Part shown: positions 37,503-46,640 of the stretch, piece by piece
Numbering within the stretch: the first letter of the stretch is position 1
How the letters are laid out: every line of letters begins with the position of its first letter
Origin: Balamuthia mandrillaris
Lineage: Eukaryota
Length of the DNA: 64,000 nucleotides
Reading direction: 5' to 3'
Assembly (NCBI GenBank): GCA_031835245.2
Contig: JAVKOQ020000050.1
Span: 62,001-126,000, forward strand
Translations under genes and position numbers: made by a program
The notes under the pieces: generated by a model
Database searches by the model: none
What the model was told of the DNA's origin: nothing
The model's input: the letters and a program-made list of their open reading frames with translations, nothing else

Positions 37503-39062
37503 CTAGTTCTCTTCGGCAAAGAACTTCTCGAGAGCTTCAATGTCCTGGCGACTGCCCAGGAAGACGGGAGTGCGTTGGTGGACAGAGTCGGGCACCACCT
37601 CCAACAGCCGGCCTTTGCCTGTTGTGGCTTTGCCTCCTGCTTGCTCCGTCAACAACGCCATCGGATTCGCCTTGTAGAACGCAAAAAAGAATAAGAAAAA
37701 GAAGAAACAAAACACAAAACACAAAACACAAAACAAACAAACCTCGTACAACAAACGAAGCTTTCCGTCTTTGCTCCTGGTATCAGCGGGGTACATGAAG
37801 ACGCCGCCGTAGACGAGGGTGCGGTGCACGTCCGCCACCATGCTGCCCACGTACCTAAGGCTGTAGGGCGAGCCTTCCTTTGGGTACTTGAGAGAGTCGA
37901 CATAGCGTTTGACGGGCTCGTGCCAAAACTTGGAGTTGCCTTCATTCACCGAGTAAATATTTCCCTTTTTGTTTTTTTTTTTTTTCAAGACGTTGAGTAT
38001 TAACATATTGGAGGAAGTAAAGAGAAAAGAGAGAAAGGAAGAAGGAGAACAAAGCGAATAGCAAGAAGAGAGAACAGCAGTAACGAGGAAGGAATGTGTT
38101 GAACGAATGACATTAAACAAAGGATGGACACGAAACATTGACCAACAAGAAAGAATGAGCGAATGAGCGTTTTAGAAGAGATACCTTTGGCTTCATGGTG
38201 ATGTTGGGATGAGTCAAGACAAACTCTCCGCTGGTCGTGTCCAACGTGAAGCCATTGACGCCGTTACCAGTGGTCAACACTAGCAAGGTGGCCGAGCCGT
38301 ACAAGGTATAACCGGCCGCCACCAAGCTGGTGCCCGGCTGGAGAAGGTCCTCCACGGTGGCGTCTTTGCTCTTGTCGGAGATGCGGTGGTAGATGCCAAA
38401 GATGGTTCCAATGGAGACATTGGCGTCGATGTTGGAGCTGCCGTCCAGAGGGTCAAAGACGCAGCTGTAGTTGCCGTCAGAGCCAGAGACCACGATGGGA
38501 TGCTCGTCCTCTTCGCTGTGAGAGAGAGAGAGAGAAGCAAGGGAATGAATAAGAGTAGTGAGTATGAAAGAGAGCAGGGAAGGAGAGTGGGAGGGAGAGA
38601 GAAATCGAGAGAGAGTGAGAGGGGAGAGAGAGAAGCAGAGAACATAAGAGAAGAGTGTTGTTACCTGGCCATGATGCACACTTTCTTGCAGCGTTTGAGG
38701 GAGGTGATGAACGACTGGTTGGCCAACGTGTCCAGTTTCTTCACCACCTCACTTTGTAAAATCAATCACAAAACAAAACAAAACAAAAAATGATCAAGTT
38801 TAGTTTTTGTTGTTTATGCACAACCAACAGTGGCTGATTCTGTTTTTGTGTGTGCTGCTTACCCTTGAATGTTGGTGCTGCCTTCATTGCCGTACAAGTC
38901 AAAGATGCCAGCGGCACGGACCTGCGCGCTGACGTACTTGCTCGCGATTTCAATGGCGTGCAGCAGGATGGAGAGGTCGCCAGAGGCCATGGGGTGGCGC
39001 CTCTGTTCCTCCAGAATGTAGTGAGTCAGTGTGATGGGCTGTTGTTTGAGCGCGCTCTCCAT
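37503..39062 (-). CDS. FBP1: Fructose-1,6-bisphosphatase class I
   Basis: [76 protein letters not shown]. Confidence 0.96.
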
Positions 39063-39873
39063 CTTTTTTTTCCTTAGGTTTTGACCGAACTGCTTTTCAA
39101 CAAAGTGTTTTGCAAACACAAACAGATTTTTTAAAAAAGAAAAATCGAGAGAGGACTCTCGCACTATCGCGTAACACTCTACAAAAAAAATAGAAAATGC
39201 GTTTCTTTTTGGCCGTTAAAAATATTTTTTCTTTCTTTTTTGGTTTTTTTTTCAAACGACCAATCGCTATCCAACAAAACGGGTGAACTTTCATTTGAAA
39301 TCGATCTCGAACTGCTTTCGAATTTCTCAACAAAACGGCGCACGTTCGACTCCAACTGCTGTTCTCAACGTTGTTTTAATTACTGTCGACGCAGTTAGAC
39401 CGTGCCGACATGAAACGTCGACATAATTTGGATTCGTGCGAAGAAAGAAAAGAGAGGAAAGCAGCAGTCTCTACGGTGCGTGAACTACAAACCAACCAAA
39501 TTTCTTCCTTCTTTCGTTTAAAATGGAGAATGGCATTTGGTGTGACCTATCCTACGACCTTTCTTTTGTTCATTGGTCAAACCCCAGGCGGAGAACAGAG
39601 AACCACGAACCAAACAAATGAGCTCGGTGTATGTATGACTTTGGGTTTCTTCGCTCGTCTTTCCTTCGGCTTTCCTCTCGACTCGTTGAGAACTCGTTTG
39701 TTCTTTGTTCTCCACACGTGTGCCCTTCATATATATAACAAGTCCAAAAGGAAAAACAACACCACCAGATTCTTTGAAATATTTTCTTTCTTCACTTCTC
39801 TCTTCAAATTTTTTTTTGTTGCAGATCTTTATTTTCTTTTTTTCTTTTCCAACTTTCACCAAAAAAACGAAAG

Positions 39874-40235
39874 ATGAAGTTCACTTTCACTTTTAAACTT
39901 TCTTCACTCTTGCTGCTTCTTCTTCTTCTGATCAGTACGCTTTGTTCTTGTGCAGAAGCACTGGCAACAGCAGAAACGAGCGTTGCCTCACATTTGGCGT
40001 TCAGAGCGCCACCGTTTCAATGGAAGAACTGTGACCGCGGGGGCAGTGGGTTGAGCTCGTTGAAGGTCAGCCCGCACCCTGTCCAACTGGGCTCTGATGT
40101 TCGTATTGAATTTGCTGGTCGTCTAAGTACGTTTTTCTTTCTTTCTTTCTTGTCGTTTCTTTCTTTCTTTCTTTCTTTCATTTTTTGTTTCTTTCTTTCT
40201 TGTCGTTTCTTTCTTGTCGTTTCTTTCTTGTCGTT

Positions 40236-40279
<44 letters not shown>

Positions 40280-40285
40280 GTCGTT

Positions 40286-40343
<58 letters not shown>

Positions 40344-40921
40344 TTTCTTGCCATCTCTGTCTTTCTTGTCCGTTTCTTGCTGAACTATAAAGATAACCTC
40401 TCTTTCTTATCCCTTTCTTGCTGCACTATAAAGGTGAAGACATCGACTGGCACTCGGGTCACAGCCTCCACCTTCTCTTTCAAAAGAAGTTGTTTGGAGT
40501 GTTCGTGAACGTGCCCTGCGTGGACGGGATCGGCAGCTGCACCATCCCCAACGTGTGCTCCCTCTTTGGCAGCACACCGCATGGCTGCTACGAGACCTCC
40601 TCCTCTAATCTCCGTTTCGATGTACCATGTGGATGCCCTTTTCCAGCGAGGAGCTATGCGGTCTTCTCTCCAGGCATTTCTTTTTCTCTGCCCTCTTTTG
40701 GTGATTTCAAATGGCTTGCTGAGGTACTTTCTTCTTTTTTATAATCCTCTTCTTTCTTCTCCCTTCTTTCTTCTCTCTTCCTTCTTCTTTTTCTTTCTAT
40801 TTCTAACCAAAGCATTGCATATAAACAGGGAGAATTCAGGATGCAAGCGACCATCAAGAACAAGCATGGAAAGGAGATAGCCTGTCTTGACACGGACTTC
40901 ACCATCGCCCCCAGCAAATGA
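39874..40921 (+). CDS. Ganglioside GM2 activator-like ML-domain lipid-binding protein (secreted)
   Basis: Signal peptide, FQWKNC...SLKVSPHPV, VPCVDGIGSCTIPNVCSLF, VPCGCPF...Y, WLAEGEFRMQA...IACL. Confidence 0.88.
40134..40340. repeat. (TTTC)n intronic microsatellite
   Basis: Seen directly. Confidence 0.9.
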
Positions 40922-41081
40922 ATGTAGTTTGGTTTAAACAAAAAAACCTTTTTGTGCTTTCTTTAGTTTGTACAACAAAATGCTTCCTTTCGTTTGTTCT
41001 TTCTTTCATGCAAGCCATTCGTCTCGTGATTAGGCATTGCCTGCCTCAAATTTGTCCGCACCCAATTCCCTATTGCCATGA

Positions 41082-41129
41082 TGACGTCAGGATAGAAAAG
41101 GGGGAAACCCCCTTTACCGTGTGACGTCA
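41082..41129. promoter_or_regulatory. Two CRE palindromes (TGACGTCA) flanking a short G/C hairpin
   Basis: TGACGTCA at 41082-41089 and 41122-41129; AAAGGGGG-AAA-CCCCCTTT at 41097-41115. Confidence 0.45.
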
Positions 41130-41252
41130 TGCAAAATCATTGCTCTTGCGGCGCAAGTAAATTTTGTCCAACTGCCGGTTTTTCGTCCCATAAAGAAATT
41201 CGGGCAAGCGGGACATATAAATGCGGCAAACGAAGAAGGGAAGCTCTTTACC

Positions 41253-41452
41253 TAAGCTTCAGTACACTCGCTCGGTGTTGGCCAGGGGGAAGGGTTAAAC
41301 AGTTGCCCATTCTCTCATCACTGAAAGTGCAGCGATTGTCAGAGTATCCGTTAAAACAAAGGAACAGCTCTCTCTTACTATTCTTCGCCAGCGAGTCCTT
41401 ATGTCTCGTGCTGCTCGGAGAACGCTGGAGAGGCTTCATTCATCGCAGCTCA
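41253..41452 (-). ncRNA. Putative long box C/D snoRNA/scaRNA
   Basis: On the minus strand: terminal stem TGAGCT/AGCTTA, C box GCGATGA (41446-41440), D' CTGA (41342-41339), C' GTGATGA (41321-41315), D CTGA (41262-41259). Lies downstream of a candidate AG|GTTAGG donor and T-rich tract. Confidence 0.65.
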
Positions 41453-41908
41453 AACAAAACAAAAAAACAAAAAATTAAGAACGAGAACAACCGCAAAGCC
41501 TAACCTATGCTTCCCGTCCCCACTCATTCCCAAACGTTTTCGAAACCCAGGTAAAAAACAGAACGATCAAGCCAACCGTTCTTCCCATGTTGAGTTTGGT
41601 TGCTGCGCTGCGCCGATGGTTACCATCTCAAAGGCTGTTTTTTCAAGTAGTGGTGCGTTCGCTCCACGGCATCTTCCCGCCTTTTTTCTTTTTTCCTCGA
41701 AATCCATGCCCCCTTCCAATCCAGGAAATGGAGGAGGCGCTTCCTCCGCACCTGCCCTCGGTGATGTTAGACGCTCCCTGCCCCGCACCTTTGCGCAAAC
41801 CCCACCCGCCAATTTATTTTTTTCCCCTTTTTTTTTTTCTTTGCAGCACAAAAAGCAAACGGTAAAAGATTTGATTTTGATTTTGATCGAACCGCAACAA
41901 CAACAACA

Positions 41909-42443
41909 ATGGGCAAGAAAGAACTCGTGGAAGCTCTCTACCAGCACGCGGCCACCTCCGCCAAGGGCGTTCCCCTGTCCAAGACCTTTTGCGCCTCCCT
42001 GGCCGACACTGCCTTCCTCCACCTTCGCGACACCCTCAAGGCCGAGGGCCGTTTTGCCTACCCTGGTTTCGGAAGCTTGGTCGTCAGGTTTAGTTTCTTC
42101 CTCCTCCTCCTCCTTGCATCTCTGCTTTTTTTTTCCTTCTCCTCTTCTTTGCTGTAGTTGTTTGGTTATGTGGATTCATCAAACTGACTCGAAAAAAAAA
42201 AATCAAATCAATCAAACACACTCATAACAATGCTTGCTACTCCTTTTTTTTTTCGTTCATGCGATTAGACGCCGCCCCGAGCGTGAGATTCGAGTGTTGA
42301 AGGGCATCCCCAAGAAGGGCGAGAAGCTCGACCCAAGCGCGGTCACAAAGGAGAAACGCCCCGCCTACAACTACGTGGCCTTTAGGCCTTCCACCCAGCT
42401 GAAGAAGGAAGCCAAGGGCTTCAAGGAGTTTGCCCGCGAGTAA
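41909..42443 (+). CDS. Bacterial-type histone-like DNA-binding protein (HU/IHF family), 117 aa, one intron (42088-42268)
   Basis: MGKKELVEAL...LSKTFCASLADTAFLHLRDTLKAEGRFAYPGFGSLVVRRRPERE...PAYNYVAFRPSTQLKKE matches the HU pattern (MxKxEL, GFGxF, RxxR, PAxxxxxFxPxxxLK). Confidence 0.85.
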
Positions 42444-42879
42444 ACGACTTGGCTTTTTTGTGTGTGTCCGTGTGTGTTGTTATACCAAAACAATCAAAAG
42501 AGAGAGCAGAGGCACCAAAAAGTGAGCGGAGAGTGAGGAAGACACATCCTTTTCTTCTCTCTCTCTCTCTCTCTCTCTTATCTTTGTTGATGTCTCTCTC
42601 ATCTCTATCCTGTCCATTGAATACGATCTTTAATCTTTGAAAACAACAAATCTTTTTATTCGCTCTCCCTCTCTTCAGAGCTCCTCCTTCGTTGCAGTTC
42701 CAAGACCAGAAGAGCAGAAGAGAGAGTAACGTACAGCTTACAAACAATAAATAGATAAATAAGAGAAGAGGCGCAAAGGGCGTTCACCAAGCCTTAAGGT
42801 CCCTCGTCTTCTGCATGCTCTTGCATCCTCTTCCTCTCTCTCTCTTTCAAGATGGAGGCTGTGTACAAACCGCAACACT

Positions 42880-42949
42880 CTAATTCTCCCCGCCATGAAA
42901 TAGCAATCTACCTGTTGAGCGGTGTGAGAGGTTAACAAACGCTTCTCCT

Positions 42950-42987
<38 letters not shown>

Positions 42988-43908
42988 CTCTCTTGGACAA
43001 TCAGATGACTCACCTCTGGCATACATCAAGAACATGAACAACGCAAAGCCACCCAAGATGAGCACCATGAGCACCAGCGCCGCCACCAACACCAACGTAT
43101 CCGTCTTCGTGTAACGCCCAGCAGCAGCGTTTCGTCGACGTCGTCTTCTGGCTCCCGCTCGCCGCCAAAACGCCCACCCTTCCTTGCCCTCTTCTCCAAA
43201 CTCCTCTCCATCCTCGTCATCCTCCATTCCAACGAAGTGCATCATCATAAGGGGCCTTCGGTCGTAGTCCTCGTTGCTGTCGGCCAGGAAGACATCGGTC
43301 ACCGCCCCAAAGAGGACGTACTCTCGCCCCTTCTCTTGGTCCACCCAACTGACCGACTTTTTGGGAGTGGTTGCCTTCCGCTTCTTCACGCTTGTCTCGT
43401 CTGCCTCGGCTTCAACCCCTTGCTGGTCGCTCTGTTCTTTGTCCTCAGGAACAGCATGAATAAGGCTCCATGCCCCTTCGTTCTGTTCGTTGTTCTCTTT
43501 TTCGTTTTGTGGTGGTTGTTGCAACAACAACAAAGCTCCTCCTCCCCCTTCTTCGAGTCGCCTTAGTTCAGCAGCTTCTCTCCGTTCTTGTTGTTGGAAC
43601 CGCTGCCGCCGTTCATTCTCTTCCCCCTCCTTCTCTTTCTGCTTTTGAAGAAGAAAGGTTCCTTCTCCTTCGTCCCCTTGCTCTTCTTGTTCTTGTTCTT
43701 CCTCTGCGTCGTCGCGCTCGCGTGTTCGTTGAAAGTCAGCAGTTATTGCTTTGGCGTTCTCCTCTCCTCCTCCTCCACCTCCCTCTTCCCCGCTTTCTCG
43801 TTCCTCCAGGAAAAAGAGGTCCTGCTTCCTCCGGTCCAACAAAAGGGAGGCATCAACCTTTAGCCGGCTCTCAGGAGAAGGCCCTGAAAAAAAAGTTTCA
43901 AGTTCCAT
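42880..43908 (-). CDS. Acidic tail-anchored protein with PP1-docking motifs
   Basis: KKSVSW (RVxF type), VFLADSNEDYDRRP, TM LVLVAALVLMVLILGGFALFMFLM. Probable final intron then GRLLFHGGEN*. Confidence 0.65.
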
Positions 43909-45057
43909 GGTTTTTTGTGTTTGATCGATCGATGAACGTTTTGTTTTTGGTTGGGTGGTGGTGGTAGTAGTTGGAGGGGGACAAATGCAGGAAAGAAAGA
44001 GGTGGAAGAAGAAGAAAAGGGGAGGAGAGAAGGTAGGAGTTTTAAATTTTTAATCAGTTTTTTGACCTTTAGGAAGGTCCGTTTTTTTCTCTCTGTCTTC
44101 TCCCTACCAACAACAACAACAAAACAAAGAAGTTAATCACATATGAAGAAATACAAACAAAATAACAAAAAGGAGGGAGAGAGGGTAAGCAGAGCGAGAG
44201 AGAGAGAGGTGAAAAGGACCAAAAGCAAAAGGGGAGAGAGTGGAAAGAAAGTTCACAGAGATGGAAAAAAAATCGTTTGTTGTTCTTTCCTTATAACAAA
44301 AACCACCAACCAAGCAACAAAGAAGGGTAACAGATAGAGAACGAACACATCACACATATAAAGCACAGTAACATCACATGTGAAGGGAGCGGTGTTATTA
44401 CCTTTTAGCTCTTCGGCAGCAATAAGGATAGTAGAGAGGCAAGTTGAGCGAAAGCTTTTTCTCCTTTCCTTTTTCTTCCGTGCTATGCGCTCGCATCATG
44501 TCGTCACGAAGTCGACAAAATGAGCATCGTTGGCCCTCTCGACGCATCCCTATGGCGCAAAGATCAACTTCCTTTTGCGGGGCCGTTTTCTGCAGGTTTT
44601 CGCGTCGGTTTGCCATCATCTTGCCGGGAGATTTCCCCATGAACACCCCCAAAAAGCACTGTTTGTCACTTTTTTCCGCCGCTTTTCCTCAAAAAATACC
44701 AGCAAAAGTACGGGCCGTCATTTTGTGTAACGTGCGCGACTCGCTGTGTGGCGGAGAAGAACAGAGAAAAAAAAGTAAACTCAAAAACAAATACTCCATT
44801 TTGTTTGTTAACACACTTGATTGACATCCCTCAAACAAACACATCCTGTCCCCGCTGTGCCCCCTTTTTCTTTCTTTCTTTTTTTAAAAGCCCTTTTCCT
44901 TTGTGGTGTTTGGGGGCGAGAAGCTTCTTCCTTCATTCCGAGTTTATTCCAATCGGTTTATTTATTTGTTTTAACTTAAAATATTTTTTTCTCGTATTGA
45001 AAAGATAATTTTTCTTTTTGTTTTTTTTTGTTGTTGTTTGACCACATTCAAAAAACA

Positions 45058-46280
45058 ATGCAACAAGTCATTCAACCTCACTTCACCGATCCGTTCTTGT
45101 CCTCCTCCTCTTCTCCTGCTGCCGCTGCCCCTCCCGCCACGTCAACGATGCTCATGAAACGGCTGCTGACAACCTCGGGCGTCCTCCTTCCTGCCATCGC
45201 CGCCGCCGCCACCACCCCCGCGGAACCGGCCGCCGCCAAGGAGGTCATGGCCATGATGCACCAGCTCCCGCTGAAGAAGCGCAAGCTGGAGGTGCTGCTG
45301 CGCATGCAGAAGCAGCACCAGGGGGCATGGTGCGCCGAGCAGGAGGAGGTGGCGCCGAGCAGCAGCAAGCTGCCCCCACCAAAGGCTTTGTTGTCGACGA
45401 AGCATTATTGCGGTGCAACGCAGGAAGAAGCAAGGAGAGAGGCCGTGGCGGTGAGCACCATGCCCGACGTGGTTGCGGAAGAGGAGGACTCAACGTATGA
45501 TACCGAGGAAGAGGAGGAAGAGGAGGTGGAAGAGGAGGAGGAGGAAGAAGAAGAAGAAAGCGAAGAGGAGGAGGAGGAAGAAGAAAGCGAAGACGAAAAC
45601 GAAGAGGAGGAGGAGGAAGAAGACAGTGAAACAACGGACATAGAAGAAGGGTCGGAACAAGAACGCGAGCTGACCCGAGTTCGCCGTCGTCGTGTCACCG
45701 TGCAAGAGGAGGAGGAAAGCGAAGAGGAGTTTGTGGTGGTGGAACAAAAATGGGTGCAAGTGGCCAAGGAGGACGACTTGCAGGAAGACAAAGGCTTTCT
45801 CGTGGAGGACGTCGAGGGGGTGGAACACGGCATCGCTCTCTTCCTCCACCGCCAACGGATCTACGCCATCGAGAACCGTTGTCCTCATGCTGGGGGTTCG
45901 TTTCTGCTGCTGCTCTCTTCGTTAGAACGGAACAGGATGCTCATCTCAAACTTCAAACAAAAATAGGACCACTTGTGGAAGGAGAGATAGAGGACATTGA
46001 AGACTGCGCCACTGCTGTTTATCCTCGTTTGCCTAGGCGGCCTTCATCCATGATGATGATGCGGTGCAACGGCAGCAGCGGCAACAACTCAGCAAAGAGC
46101 CCAGAGGAGGAGGTCAAAGTGATCTGTCCGTGGCACTCGTTGCGTTTCGGCCTGGAGAGCGGCCGATGCACGACCGTTCTTTTGGGCAACCCCAAAGCCC
46201 GAGTGTTTCCGGTGCGAGTGGATCCTTCCTCTCGACAGGTTTTCGTGCAGCTCTCTTTGCCTCGTTCCACACGTTTTTGA
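45058..46280 (+). CDS. Rieske [2Fe-2S] domain protein (RFESD-like) with a long acidic N-terminal extension; one intron starting 45896
   Basis: IYAIENRCPHAG|GPLVEGEIEDIED...VICPWHSLRFGLESGRC (CxH...CxxH). Confidence 0.85.
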
Positions 46281-46529
46281 GCGGCAATGAGAGAGTCGTA
46301 ATCATTTCTTTTGTTGGTGTATGTGTTGTAGCAATATTGTACAAAGCGGAGGGTGTTTTTTTTCTAGAGAGAAAAAAAAGAAAAGAGTTTTAAACTTTTA
46401 TTTAACTATTTGTTTGTTTTGTCAGCAAGGAAGGAAGGAGAAGAAGAAAAAACAGAGGCACCCATTGATCGTTGAAGGGAGAGAGACTGCGGCGCCGGAC
46501 GACTTTCTTCTGTCCGTTTCGAAATTATT

Positions 46530-46596
46530 GTCGACAGTCGACGAAAAACATTACGTCGACAGTCGACAGAAACACGGACTAAATAACATTGTCGAC
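46530..46596. promoter_or_regulatory. Cluster of five GTCGAC palindromes directly upstream of the GH172 gene
   Basis: GTCGAC at 46530, 46537, 46555, 46562 and 46591. Confidence 0.45.
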
Positions 46597-46640
46597 AAAA
46601 TAATGTGCAGACGAAGAAAAAGAAAACAAATGTTTGCCTG

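Noticed and set aside
41290..41300. TAACCCT inside the C/D RNA as a possible telomerase template
   Set aside because: Only 7 nt match a TTAGGG template, too short for template plus alignment region, and no other support
41253..41452. U3 snoRNA identity for the C/D RNA
   Set aside because: No 5' domain with box A/A' upstream; the 5' flank is a T-rich intron-like tract
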